Shown here piece by piece: positions 50,673 through 64,000 of a DNA stretch of 64,000 nt. The position numbers and the translations under genes were made by a program. Every line of letters starts with the position of its first letter. Position 1 is the stretch's first letter. The notes beneath the pieces are model-generated. The model was given only the letters and a program-made list of their open reading frames with translations. It did not search any database and was not told where the DNA came from. The stretch covers positions 85,267,982 through 85,331,981 of the forward strand of contig NC_052146.1 in NCBI RefSeq assembly GCF_902713615.1. The letters run 5' to 3'. Source of the stretch: Scyliorhinus canicula (Eukaryota).

Positions 50673-53333
50673 AAGAACATACAACTCCTGGGTTGCAGTA
50701 ACCCAACAGGTAGGTTTTTAGTATTTTGACAGACTGAAATACAAGACTGGGCCTATAGCCTGTGAACCCAACTGATGATGTCACCAGTGCTCACATGACT
50801 TACTTCTTAAAGGGACACTACTCCAACATAACAGCCACCAACTGTAATACATAACACACCCTCCCCCTTTCCTTTGAAACTTCCTCTTACGCAAACATCT
50901 CCAATATTTCCAAAAGCCATACATTTGCCCAGCAGCAAAACTATTTATAGAGACAAGAAAAGCATTTTCCAGCAGACATACAAACATGATGTACAATTAA
51001 TGAGACAGTCTGTCTGGCGGGTGCTTTTGTCGCGCCAGCTGCCTCCTTACTTCTGGCACAGGATTGTTTCCCACTTTAGGGATACTGAGGTCACTAGGTG
51101 AAGAGAGTGCATCCCTCTGGGGCGTACAGATAGTCTCTGCGACAATGGCTGTATCCTCAGTGACGATGCTGGTTTGCTCCAGGGATGGTGTACTGATTTT
51201 ATGTAGTAAGGCCGAGGCCCCGACTTGAAGCCCTGTGGTGATCGATGGTTCCAACACTAGGGCGTGTGTCGCTAACAGCTGGTCAACATGCCATCGCCAC
51301 ACAATCTCCTCCCTAGTCAGGACCGTGTAAGATATGGACCTGTCTTGGCCAGTATCATGGCAAGTAGCCACTGGTCAGTCATGCTGTAGCTCTGGGCCCG
51401 TTTTTACTCACCATGACAGAAGAGGGGTGCCTCTTGGGAGTTTGTTTCCCTTCTGGACATCTGGGATAATTGGTTCTTCTCGACAATCTCGTGAGTTTCT
51501 TCAGGTAACAAGAGGTCAAATGTGGTTTGTAGCTTCCTTTTCATCAACATGTAAGCTGGCGATTTCTGGATAGTGGTATGAGGTGTGTTTCGGTACATGG
51601 CCCGGAAGCTATTGATACATTGAACTAATGACCCCTCCCCCTGTGAAGCTTTCAATTAGTGCTTCACTGATTGCATGAACCTTTCTGCAAGATCATTGGT
51701 TGAGGGATGATAAGGTGCCGACTTAATGTGCCGAATGCCATTCCATTCCACACAGTACGTGAATTCCTGCACAAGGAACTGAGGACCATTGTTGCTAACA
51801 ATCTGTTCAGGGTTTCCGAACCTCGCGTATGTTTCATCCAATTTCTCGATGAGCAGTTCAATTGAAATGGACTGGCACCTCCAGCCACTTGGAATGGGCA
51901 TCAATCACCACCAGCATTTGACCCTCAAGGGGTTCAACAGAATCAACGTCAGCAACAGTGGTGGTGTGTTCCTGATTTTGGTGTAAGCTTGGTACAAACT
52001 GGCTTTTTCCTCAATCTGAGTATCCACAAACGGCCACCAAAAATAGCTCTTGGCAAGCTTCCATCCTCACCACCCTGGATGGCACTGGTGCAATTGCTCC
52101 AGCACCTTGAATCTTAAGATCAGAGGAATGAGCACCTGCATCCCCATAATAAGCAGCTGTTTTGAACCGATAACTCCTCCCGCCGGGACATATATGGCTT
52201 CAATTCCCGATGGTTCCTACCGACCTTCCCTTTCAGGACCAGGTCCATCACCTGGCTCAGAACGGGGTCATTTATGGTAACATTCTTTACTTGAGCTGCC
52301 TTAACCGGCACATTTTCAGATTGGGAGAAGTAGAGAATCTTCAGCCCACTACTGGATTGCTCTCCATTCTAGGGTTGGGGCAGTCTGGACAATACATCTG
52401 CGTTTGCGTGCTGCTAAGATTGAGTCGTAGATGTTTACAGCGTGGAAACAGGCCAATTGGCCCAGCTGGTCCAGGCCGCCTGTATTTGATATTGAACGAG
52501 TGCGGTGACAGGAGGAGGGCCCACCTCTGAAGCCTACTGACCATCATTGAGAGAATCCAGGAGTACTGGCGGAAGATGGATGTGTGTGGACGATGATCTA
52601 TCAGCAGAACGAAGCGGCGGCCATGTAAGTAGTGGTAAAATCTCCTCACGGTGAAAATTATCCTGCTCTAGTTATGCTTATCTCATTTCTGCACTGGTTA
52701 GAGAGGGTGAATTGAAGACAATTGGCCTCTCCTTTCCATTGCATAGGGTGTGCAACAGCACTGCACCAATTTCACAAGGTGAGGCATCACACGCCAGTTG
52801 CAAGGACAACCGAGGGTCGAAGTGAACCAAGACATCCGACCTCTGAAGTGCCTGTTTGACAGTGAGATAAGTTTACTCACGGTCCTTGCTCCCATTTCCA
52901 GGATTGACCTTTACATAGAAAATTGTGTAATAGATTTGAAAGGGTCACCAAAAAAGGGAATCTGCCGTCCTTTCCCCTCGCTCTTTCTTACCGGGTCCTG
53001 CAGCCAAGTGACGTCCCTCTCCTGTTGGTCCGATATATTTAAAAAAATTCTTCCTCTCTCACGCTGGCCGCCGTAAATCCCACCCTCATTGCCAGTTGTT
53101 CTGCACTGGGCCATTTACTAGGCTGCAGTCAGAACCAAAGAACATACAATTTGTGTACTGCTGTAACACGCAGGTAGGTTTTTACTATTTTATACTGTGT
53201 ACTCTCACAGCCTTAAAAACAAGACTGGGCCTAAAGTCTGGACATCTGACTGATGATGTCACCAGTGCTCATGTGACTCACCTCTTAGAGGGCACTGCCC
53301 CAACATAACAGTCACCAACCATAATACTTTACA
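50670..53333 (-). mobile_element. Old internally deleted Gypsy LTR element (two LTRs, RNase H and integrase remnants)
   Basis: Diverged direct repeats ~50670-50856 and ~53136-53333; PPT AAGGGGGAGGG next to the 3' LTR; FYHYLHGRRFVLLIDHRP..RLQRWALLL; IVSNNGPQF..SAPYHPSTNDLAERF. Confidence 0.85.
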
Positions 53334-54169
53334 GATTCTGCCAGTTCAAGGACACTTTTGTAGCACTCCTTGTGGGCCTGGAGCAGCCTCTATCCATCGC
53401 TCCCTCACTCCATGATGGCTGATCACATTCTCTCCTCCATCTCTCACTCCTACCCTGCCCTGATGACTCACCTCCCCTCACCACCCTCCATCACCCCCTT
53501 GAACCCCAATCACAGACACGGTGGCAAGTCATCATCAGCTTTTGACAAAAACGTGAGATTCAGTAACCCTGTGTGAACTGAGCAAATTTATCAGCTGGCT
53601 CAGTCATCTGAAGTAAAACATGTTCAGGCTACAGGTTTTACAGAATTAGCTGATTCCAGCTAGTGAACTGGGGCAAGGTTGGGAATGGGAAAAGGAGCTG
53701 AAGTAATTTCCCAGCAACCTCAGCAAGATGTTTGCATGGTCGTAGGTATGTACCTCTGTGAGTGCATGTGTATGTATGTAAGTTTGCATGTATGTTCATA
53801 AGTCTGTGTGAGTGGTTGTGTGTTTTTTTCTAATTAACGGGAAATTTAGCATGGCCAATCCACCTACCCTGCACATCTTTGGGTTGTGGGGGTGGAACCC
53901 ACGCAAACACAGGGAGAATGTGCAAACTCCACACGGACAGTGACCTGGCCCGGGATCCTCCGCGCCGTGAGACAGCAGTGCTTTCATGAATAATCTCAGC
54001 AGTATGGGAATTGAACCTGCGTTGCTGGCCTCGCTCTGCATCACAAACCAGCTGTCTAGCCAACTGAGCTAAACCAGCCCCCGAGTGTTTGAGTGTATGT
54101 GTGAAAAGATGTGTGAATGTGTGAGTTGGAGTGCTTATGAATGTGTGTGTGGCTATCTGATTTTTAATT

Positions 54170-55590
54170 ATTCTTTTTATTGGATGTGGGCATCGCTGGC
54201 TATGCCAGCATTTATTTCCCATCCCTAGTTGCTCTTCAGAAGGTGGTATTCTTGAACTGCTGCAGTCCATGTGGTGTTAGGGAGGGTGTTCCAGGACTTT
54301 GACACTGCGACAGTGAAGAACAGTGATATATTTCCAATTCAGGATGGTGAGTGATTCAGAGGGGAACCTCCAGGTGGTGGGGTGACCATGTATCTCCTGC
54401 TCTTGTCCTTCTCGATGAAAGAGGTCATGGGTTGAAAGGTGCTGTCAAAAGAGCATTGGTGAGTTCCTGCAGTGCATCTTTTAAATGGTACACATGGCTG
54501 CGACTGCGCATCAGTGGTGGAGGGAGTGAGTGGTAATTATGATGGATGGGTTGCCAATCAAGCAGGGCTGCTTTGTCCTGGATGGTGTTGAGCTTTTTGA
54601 GTGTTATCATCCAGGCATCATTCCATCACATTTCTGACATGCTGCTTATAGATGGTGGACAGGCTTTTTAGAGTAAGGAAGTGGGTTACTCTCTGCAGAT
54701 TTTTTTTTTCCATTCTTATATGCGATGTGGGCATCATTGGCTGGGCCCAGCCCATTCCTTAATTGACCTTGCACATTCTTCCTGTTCCATTTCAGAGGGC
54801 ATTTCAGAGTCAACCACATTGCTGTGGGTCTGGAGTCACATGTGGGTCAGATTTCCTTCCTTAAAGGAAATTACTGAATCAGATGTGTTTTTACAACAAT
54901 CAACAATGTTTTCATGGTCATCACTGGATTTTTAGGGCAGCACGGTGGCACAGTGGTTAGCATTGCTGCCTACGGCGCTGAGGACCCGGGTTCAAATCCC
55001 GGCCCTGGGTCACTGTCCATGTGGAGTTTGCACATTCTCCCTGTGTACCTGGGTCTCTGGATTATTAGTCCAGTGACACCTCAGCCTCCCTGAATTTCCA
55101 ACCTTTGGTCTGTTCTTGTAGCCATTGTGGCAATACAGTTCAGTTTCTGGTCAATGGTAACCTCCGGCATGTTAACAATGGGGGTTTCAGGGCAGCATGG
55201 TGGTACAGTGGTTAGCATTGCTGCCTCACAGCGCGAGGTCCCAGGTTCGATCCCGGCTCTAGGTCACTGTCCGTGTGGAGTTTGCACATTCTTCCCGTGT
55301 TTCCGTGGGTTTGGCCCCCACAACCTAAAGATGTGCAGGTTAGGTGGATTGGCCACGCTAAATTGCCCCTTAATTGGAAAAAATTAATTGGGTGCTCTAA
55401 ATTTATTTTAAAAACATGGGGGTTTCAGAGATGGTAATGCCATTGAATGTCAAGGGATGATGGTTTGATTCTCTCTATTAGAGATGGTCATTGTCTGGCA
55501 CCTGCGTGGCATAAATGTTACTTGCCACATCTCAGCCCAAGCTTGGATATTGTCCAGGTCTTGCTGCATTTGGACTGTTTCCGTGTCTGA
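54170..55590 (-). mobile_element. Old CR1-clade LINE fragments (same family as 229-1500) with V-SINEs at 54934-55050 and 55190-55413
   Basis: TLKKLNTIQDKAALL; colinear with the 229-955 copy. Confidence 0.7.
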
Positions 55591-55967
55591 ACCCCAACAT
55601 CCCATGAAGGAATATAAAAAATGTTATGACGAGAACATCAGTTTAGTTACACAATACTAGTGTGAAAGCATTCTGAAGCCAAGATTACTTTTTCAGTTCT
55701 CCTTCCTCATGAGATTTTACTTTATGTATGGTTCATATTGACAGAGTAGATACACCTGCGAGTTCAGTGAGAAGTTGGTGTATAGTTACCTCATGAATAG
55801 GTTATTAGAGCCTTGATCTCCCTCCCTGATGCTCATTAGTTTAGATTGTTGTATTTTGTAAATAAGCACTTACAATCTCCTTGTGAAACCGGAGTCAAAC
55901 AATAATGGAGCCAAAAACCCATGAACAGTTAAACCACATGCTCAACACAGAACAGGTGCTGTCTTTT

Positions 55968-56207
55968 CTTTTTTTTTTTTTTTTTTTATAAATTTAGATT
56001 ACCCAATTATTTTTTTTTATATTAAGGGGCAATTTAGCATGGCCAATCCACCTACTCTGCACATTTTTGGGTTGTGGGGGCGAAAACCCACGCAGACACG
56101 GGGAGAATGTGCAAACTCCACACGGACAGTGACCCAGAGCCGGGTTCGAACCTGGGACCTCAGCGCCGTGAGGCGGTTATGCTAACCACTAGGCCACCGT
56201 GCTGCCC
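55968..56207 (-). mobile_element. Young short A-tailed V-SINE
   Basis: TSD GGTGCTGTCTTTTC; long T run. Confidence 0.9.
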
Positions 56208-58566
56208 TTGGTGCTGTCTTTTCTGAGTGCACTCCTTCAGCGTGTGAAATGAATATATTTGCAGCATTTCTAAGCAGCAGCAGTGAAGGGTATATTTATT
56301 TCTCTGCAATGCCTTTTGCTTCATGAATGCAGGCTGATATACCGACAGTTCTGTTAAACCAAGACTTTCACTGAGAAGCAAAATACAACATCAGCCTTGC
56401 TGGTGTCTCAATGGGAAGCTGCTGCGTGTAAATTTGTTACTGTGAATGTGGCAGCAATTCAGGAGCACATTGTAGTCGCGAGCCCCTTTGGGCTTTGTGG
56501 GGGGCGGGGGAGGTTTTGATGGGTCATGTGACCTGATCGGCCAATCGAGCCGGCGATCGCTAATCCTGGAGCTGAGAGCGGTTTTCCCCAGCCTGTCTGG
56601 GACTGGGGTCAAAAATGTCGGTCACATATTGATTTTTTTAATATAAATTTAGAGTACCCAATTATTATTTGTTTCCAATTAAGGGGCAATTTAGCATGGC
56701 CAATCCACCTAGCCTGCACATCTTTGAGTTGTGGAGGCGAAACCCACGCAAACATGGGGAGAATGTGCAAACTCCACACAGACAGTGACCCAGGGCTGGG
56801 ATTCGAACTCGGGTCCTCAGAGCCGTAAGCCCAGTGCTAACCATGGCACCACTGTGCTGCCCTGCTCGCATATTTCTTACACCATGTGTATAGTTTATTC
56901 CTTACAATAAATAGTTCATTTAGTTACTAAACTTGGTGGTTGCCCATCCTTGGATTATTACATTGGTGACAAGGATCAACAGGACGCATTCAAATTGCCA
57001 TAAAGAAAGACAGAGCAGTCTTGTGTGCAAGTCATTCAAGCTACTTCCTTTCAAGCCTCAGCAAGTTACAACAATGCCTCTATTCAGAATATTAGAGCCC
57101 TTTGACCCTAATTCGTAAGATTGGGTTCAATATATCGAACACTTGCAATAATTTTTTCAAAGCAAACAAAATGGAGGGAGAGCAGAAGTAGAAGAGTATA
57201 ATATTGTGAACAACCTGCAGTGCCCGAACCTACAATTTAATAAGAAACTTGACTTCTCCAGAAGCTCTTGCCTCTAAAACCTTCAAAGAGCTAGTTGAAA
57301 TAGTAAAAGAGCATTACCAGCTGAAGCCCTCGATAATCATGAAGAGTTCATAAGTGAATCATAAGTTCAACTCAACATCAAGAGCCCATGGAGAAGCGTC
57401 AGCAACTTTTGTGTTGAGATTGAGGCAAACAGCTGAACATTGTGAATTTGGGCCTGCCCTTAATGATATGTTGAGAGACCGTCTAATGTGTGGGGTAAAT
57501 AACAAACTGCTGGCAGAGGCAAAAATAACACTAAAGAAGGTGCTAGAAATTTTCCCTGCCATGGAAAGTGTAGAAAAGGGCATAATGGAGCTTCAAGGTG
57601 TGAAAGACGGTGAGGTCTGCCAAGTTTGGAGGGAAGCTGCTAGTGGCACCTCTGTCAAGGATGAGGGGCGAGCAAAGAAATGCAGAACCCAGGGCAGCAG
57701 TGGTTATCACTGCTGGCTCACAGCGCCAAGGTCTCAGGTTTATCCCGGCTCTGGGTCACTATCCATGTGGAGTTTCCACATTCCCCCCCTGTTTGCGTGG
57801 GGAACCCAAAAGATGTGCAGGGTAGCTGGATTGGCCACAGTAAATTTCCCCTTAATTGGAAAAAAATAAATAGGTACTCTAAATTTATTTTTTAAAAGAA
57901 ATGCAGAACCTGAGAGTGCAGAGGTATAAGAGATTCATCCAACAAACCAAGATTTGTGAAGAGTGCTTCCGGTGGGGGAGAAACCACCCCCAGGAGAAGT
58001 GTAGGTTCAAGGAATCTATGTGTTATACCTGTGGCAGAAAGGGACAATAAGAAGCAAATGTAGGGTCAAGCAGGGCCAGCCTGATGCGAGCAAGGTCAAG
58101 GTTCCAGCTCCAGTGCACAGCATGGGAAGTACTTCTGAAGGGGGACCAAATATAAATGAGTTGAATAATATTAAGGTAGGAAAAAATCCCATCTCTCAAT
58201 AATACTAATGGTCAATGGTCATCCACTAAAAATGGAAGTAAACACAGGAGCCTCTGCCACAGTAGTGGGAGAGCAAATTTATTAATACCTACAAAGAGGG
58301 GCCCAATGCCTGAGATTAGAAAATATTACTGTCAAGATGGCCATGTATATGGGTGAAGCTATATAGATCTTGGATAAAGCCCATGCACCTTGAAGAGTGG
58401 GCAACTCCCATTGTGCCAGTGGCCAAGCCAGATAACAGCGTAAAAATATATGGAGACTCCAAAGTAACAATAACCCAGGTAGCATATACCTAAAATAGAG
58501 GACTTATGTGGAAAGTTGGCTGGGGGTCTAGCATGCACCAAGTCAGATGTGCGTCATGTGTACCAT

Positions 58567-58888
58567 GGGCAGCACGGTAGCATAGTGGTTAGCACAGTTG
58601 ATTCACAGCTCCAGGGTGATTCCCAGCTTGGGTCACTGTCTGTGCAGAGTCTGCATGTTCTTCCCGTGTCTGCATGGGTTTCGTCTGGGCGCTCCAGTTT
58701 TCTCCCACAATCCAAAGATGTGCAGGTTAGGTGGATTGGCCATGCTAAATTGCACTTTGTGTCCAAAAAAGGTTAAGTGGGGGTTACGGAGATATGATAG
58801 ATACGTGGGCTTGAGTAGGGTGTTCTTTATAAGGGCCGGTGCAGACTCGATGGGCCGAATGGCCTCTTTCTGCACTGTAAATTCTATG
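58567..58888 (+). mobile_element. Full-length V-SINE with CR1-type tail (HE1-like) inside the Gypsy RT
   Basis: tRNA head, full V domain, tail GCAGACTCGATGGGCCGAATGGCCTC..ATTCTATG. Confidence 0.85.
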
Positions 58889-58973
58889 CCTATTCTATGT
58901 CAATGTACCACCAGCTAGATCTGGATGACAGTTCCAGGGGAGTTTGTCACTATTAATACATGTAAAGGCCTTG

Positions 58974-60365
58974 TCAGGGCCGGTGGCCCTGACGTCAGTT
59001 GCAATGAAGTGCTTCGAGAGGCTGATCATGAAGCGCATCATCTCCATACTCCCGGAACGCCTTGACCCACTTCAATTCGCATACCGTCGCAACCGGTCCA
59101 CGTCAGACGCCATTTCCCTGGCCCTACAATCATCCCTAGAGCATCTCGAAAACAAGGACTCCTACATCAGACTCTTATTTATTGACTACAGCTCCGCCTT
59201 CAACACCATAATCCCAGCCAAGCTCATATCAAAGCTCCAAAACCTAGGACTTGGCTCTCCACTCTGCAACTGGATCCTTGATTTTCTGACCAACAGACCA
59301 CAATCAGTAAGAATGAACACCAACACCTCCTCCACAATAGTCCTCAATACCGGTGCCCCGCAAGGCTGCGTACTTAGCCCCCTACTCTACTCCCTGTACA
59401 CACACGACTGCGTGGCAAAACTTGATTCTAACTCCATCTACAAGTTTGCTGACGATACGACCATAGTGGGTCGGATCTCGAATAACGGCGAGTCAGAATA
59501 CAGGAGGGAGATAGAGAACCTAGTGAAGTGGTGTAACGACAACAATCTCTTCCCGCAATGCCAGCAAAACTAAAGAGCTGGTCACCGACTTCAGGAAGCA
59601 AAGTACTGTACACACCCCTGTCAGCATCAAAGGGGCCGAAGTGGAGATGGTCAGCAGTTTCAAATTCCTAGGGGTGCACATCACCAAAAATCTGTCCTGG
59701 TCCATTCACGTCGACGCAATCACCAAGAAAGCACAACAGCGCCTATACCTCCTCAGGAAACTAAGGAAATTCGGCATGTCCACATTAACCCTTACCAACT
59801 TTTACAGATGCACTATAGAAAGCATCCTATCAGGCTGCATCACAGCCTGGTATGGGAACTGTTCGGCCCAGGACCGCAAGGAACTTCAGAGAGTCGTGAA
59901 TACCGCCCAGTCCATCACACAAAGCTGCCTCCCATCCAAGGACTCCATCTACACTTCCCGCTGCCTGGGGAAAGCGGGCAGCATAATCAAGGATCCCTCC
60001 CACCCGGCTTACTCACTTTTCCAACTTCTTCCATCGGGCAGGAGATACAGAAGTCTGAGAACGCGCACGAACGGACTCAAAAACAGCTTCTTCCCCACTC
60101 TTACCAGACTCCTAAATGACCCTCTTATTGACTGACCTCATTAACACTACACCCTGTATGCTTCATCCAATGCCAGTGCTTATGTAGTTACATTGTATAT
60201 CTTGTGTTGCCCTATTATGTATTTTCATGTATTTTCTTGTTTTTTCTTGAATTTTGTTTAATTCCCTTTTCTTCCATGTACTGAATGATCTGTTGAGCTG
60301 CTTGCAGAAAATTACTTTTCACTGTACCTCGGTACACGTGACAATAAACAAAACCAATCCAATCC
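58974..60365 (+). mobile_element. Young 5'-truncated Rex1/Babar LINE
   Basis: [71 protein letters not shown]; one frameshift near 59550; (CCAAT)n tail. A second 3' fragment lies at 61641-61902. Confidence 0.92.
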
Positions 60366-60459
60366 TGTACCATGCACCAGATTGCCAGCTGGAGTCTCAT
60401 CTGCTTGTGAAATGTTTGATTGCACAATGGACAGCCCATTTCAAGATTGGCTAAGTCCC

Positions 60460-60588
60460 TAAGACCATAAGCCATAGAAGCAGAATTAGGCCACTCGACC
60501 CATCAAGTCTGCTCTGCCATTCAATCATGGCTGATATTTTTCTCATCCCCATTCTTCTGCCTTCTCCCTATAACTCCTGATCCCCTTT
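60460..60588 (-). mobile_element. CR1 3' end fragment inside the Gypsy RT
   Basis: Reverse complement of the CR1 end seen at 23784-23892; (ATGGTCTT)-like tail. Other CR1-type tails at 34280-34445 and 46645-46800. Confidence 0.8.
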
Positions 60589-61419
60589 TTGGATGATGTG
60601 CTGATCCCAGGAACCACAGAAAAAAAGCACTTAGCTAACCTGGAGGGGGTTTTAAAAAGATTTCAGAAAGCTGGAGTAAGACTAAAAAGAGAGAACTGTA
60701 ATTTTCAGGTGAGTGAAGTGACGTATTTGGGTTTTAGACTGCATGCACAAGGATTGTGTCTGATGGGAGAGAAGATTAGAGATGTTAAGGCAACACCAGC
60801 CCTGAAGAATACATCCCAACTAAAATCATTCCCTGAAGTGGTAAATTGTTGTGGGAGATTCATTCCAAACTTGCCTATGATGCTAGCATATTTACATGCA
60901 GTATTAAAAATCATACAGCTGGCGCAGTAAAAAAAAACAGAGGGTGCAACCTATTTCACTTCCACGGAGTCTGAGTCGGAAAGTTTTACAAACTTTTAAA
61001 AATTGTTTGGGGTTCTCTTCTGATATCCGAACAAATGTTGGGATCTGGTCCAGTATCCTCACAGAGTAATACTGGCCTTACCAGTGACACCCATATCCCC
61101 TGAAAAAATAAAGAAAAAAAAGTCTCCTGGCAGCAGAATAACCTCCCGTGATAATGCAGAAGTCAGAGGGGCTGATTTGGGATTCCCGGCTGCTCATGGT
61201 GAGATGTCAATTAACCTCATTAATGAGCCAATTAACACATATTATTTCTGAGCTCACTGCAAATTTATTGGTGACTCATGGCATCTGCAAACTGTTGAGG
61301 TCAACGGGAAGCCCCAACAGTGGCCACATTAGTAGCTAAACAGCACAATAACAGTGGGCCTCCCCCATGGAATTGATGGGGGGTTTCCAGCTGGTTCCCA
61401 GGATAATGGCAGAGACCTC

Positions 61420-61600
61420 CATCGGGTGACTAAATCCAAACCTTTGTTGCCTTTTCTTGGTAATATTAACTAACAATCTTTCCTCCTCCATTATCCTGAG
61501 AACTTCTTCATTGCTCTTGTGTTCTCTGTGACTGACACACTTCATCCTTTTCCAGACCACTTTTCATAACTTTCTAGTCTTTGAATTGGCCATTGTTCGC
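61420..61600 (-). mobile_element. Old RTE-like LINE fragment
   Basis: VWKRMKCVSHREHKSNEEVLRIMEEERLLVNITKKRQQRF resembles the post-RT motif of RTE elements. Confidence 0.55.
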
Positions 61601-63034
61601 AACGTCCAAATTTCGGCCCGTGCAACACCCAAAGACCCGGCGAGAACACACACAAACAGATTCCAAAATAGCTTCTTCCCCACTGTTACTAGACTCCTAA
61701 ACGACCCTCTTATAGACTGAATTGATTAATAGTACACTCTTGTATGCTTCACCCGATGCCGGTGTCTATGTATTTACACTTGTGTCGCCCTGTTATGTAT
61801 TTTCTTTTCTTTTTAATACTGAAGGATCTGTATGAGCTGTATGCAGAAAAATACTTTTCACTGTACCTCAGTACACGTGACAATAAACAAATCCAATCCA
61901 ACCAGACAGTCCAAAATGCCTTGACTCATTCCTATGCCAAACAATTCCTTAAGTTTGGAATATATGAAAGAAACAAGGGAATTGCCTTTCAGGATATTCC
62001 CTCAAAGTGTTTCATCAGCAATTCAGTATTTTGGAATAAAGTTACTGTTGTAATGCAGGAAAATTTTGGAGCCAGGTTTTGTACAATAGTTTCCATAACA
62101 GCAAAGAGATCATTTGCATCTGGTTGAGGGAATTTTGTTGGTTTGGGCTCCGGGAGAACTCTCAGCACATCTTTGAATAGTGTTGTAATATACAAATGTC
62201 AAAATACAAATGAGAACTGTGGCAGCTGCCGGAGATGTAACATTTCCCGCTGCACAAGTTTTCTTTGTTGATCAACATAGCGACATTTAAACTCAGATTT
62301 AATGCAAACTGTTTCAAGAACTCTGAGTGCCCAATAATTATGCAAGGCAACAGGAATGGCCCATTTATTTAAAGGACTAATTATGCAGTCTGTGGGTGGG
62401 ATAAGTTTACTGTCTGAGTCCTAATGGGTCTGGTTTAGTACAGTGGGCTAAACAGCTGGCTTGTAGCATAGAACAAGATCAGCAGCGTGGGTTCAATACC
62501 CGTACCAGCCTCCCTGAACAGGTGCCGAAATATGGCGACTAGGGGCTTTTCACAGTAACTTCATTGAAGCCTACATGTGACAATAATTATTATTATTACA
62601 GATCAGCACTATCTGAGGCTCAATTTCTGGTCTGTGTTCAGTTAACCAATGATTGTCAAGGTGTAAAAAGTATCTGTGTGTATCCAATGAGGGCAGTAAT
62701 TGCTTCATAAGAGGATGGAAGAGGAGAAAAATAGTATGTTTTGCACTTCAGTAGCTTGGATAGAAGCGGGAGACATGTGTCTACTGTGGTTCCTCAATTT
62801 TACAGAGGTGATGTATGAGGCTGTAATTCTGTCCTTAAATTAGATGGTGGTGCCCCTGCCCCCAAGTTAGAAAATTCGGACATGAAGCCTCATTTCTGGG
62901 GACCATCACATTTAATCGAGGCTGACACGGTGTTGAAATAGTGCCGCTTTGTTGGAGGTGCAGCTTTTCAGTAAAGATGTTCAAACCCGGGTTCTGACCA
63001 TATGTTCAAGCAGATGAAAAAAATGTAATGGCTC

Positions 63035-63262
63035 TTTTAAAAAAATAAATTTAGAGTACCCAATTCAATTTTCCAATTAAGGGGTAATTTAGCGTGGCCA
63101 ATCCACCTACACTGCACATCTTTGGGTTGTGGGGGCAAAACCCATGCAAGCACGGGGAGACTGTGCAAACTGTACATGGACAGTGACCTAGAGCCAGGAT
63201 CAAACCTGGGACCTCGGCACCGTGAGGCAGCAGGGCTAACCCACTGCGCCACCATGCTGCCC
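63035..63262 (-). mobile_element. Short A-tailed V-SINE nested in a Deu-type SINE
   Basis: TSD TGTAATGGCTCT. Confidence 0.88.
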
Positions 63263-64000
63263 TGTAATGGCTCTATTGGGGGAAGAGCAGTGAGTTCTTC
63301 TGGCTTTTATGGCAAAATTCTTCCCCCAGCTACCAACATCACCAAAAATAGATAACTGATTTATCTCATTGATGTTTGTGGGATCTTTGTGTGTTGCTAT
63401 GAATGTAACAGGGACAAACCATAAATAACTTTGGAATATGGAGAGGATGTTATGAAATGTCAGTTCTTTCATTTTTAAACATCAGGGATGGACACATGGA
63501 CATTAGATTTCTGGAATCCAAACATTCCTAATTATAATTATAACTGCATTTTCAGTTGCCTCAGCCCCAAGCTTTGCAATTCCCTCACCACACCACGGCA
63601 CCTCACTTTCCTCCTTTAAAACACCTGTAAAACCTACCTCTTTGACCAAGGTTTTGGTCACCTGACCTGATAGCTCCTTTTGTGGCTCAGGGTGATACTT
63701 CTTTTCATAAGATGTGAGCATCGCTGGCAAGGCCAGCATTTGTTACCCATCTCTAATTGTCCTGGAACTGAGTGTCCTGCTAGGCCATTTCACGGGGCAG
63801 TTAAGAGTCAACCAACCACATTGCTGTGGATCCGGAGTCACATGTTGGCCTGGCGAGGTAAGGATGGCAGATTTCCTTAAGGACATCACTGAACCAGATG
63901 GGTTTTTATGATCATTGATGATAGTTTCATGGTCACAGACGAGCTCTCAATTCCAGATTTATTAATTGAATTTAAATTCCACCAGCTGCCGTGGTGGGAT

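Larger units (their letters stand above)
56471..60930 (+). mobile_element. Decayed 3'-truncated Gypsy element (5' LTR, PBS, gag, PR, RT) carrying five nested insertions
   Basis: LTR 56471-56962 (TG..CA); PBS TGGTGACAAGGAT at 56964 (CpG-decayed tRNA-Ser type); gag MPLFRILEPFD, LRQTAEHCEFG..MLRDRLMCG; PR MEVNTGASATVVG; RT LDDVLI..AGVRLKRENC. Confidence 0.85.

Overview
Repeat-dense, apparently non-genic (intergenic or deep intronic) vertebrate DNA. The repeat set (V-SINE/HE1-like SINEs, Deu-domain SINEs, CR1, GC-rich Harbinger-type MITEs, long G/C homopolymers) suggests a cartilaginous fish, probably a Scyliorhinus-type catshark; this is inference. No host gene could be recognised, and nearly all long ORFs are transposon remnants. 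Main contents: (1) a Ty1/Copia-order LTR element of probable GalEa type at 12260-15872 (-), with an 18-nt tRNA-iMet PBS and a 5-bp TSD, nested in a Gypsy element (11313-19496); (2) two more decayed Gypsy elements and several solo LTRs, one nested antiparallel in a relative; (3) a Harbinger remnant whose intron-containing Myb/SANT gene is split by an inversion; (4) L1/Tx1, CR1, Rex1/Babar, RTE and L2 LINE fragments; (5) about 35 tRNA-derived SINEs in which the same heads carry different LINE-matched tails; (6) about 10 MITEs, one carrying a palindromic CRE-NRF1 cassette. Family names come from motif recognition, not database searches, and boundaries without a TSD are approximate.
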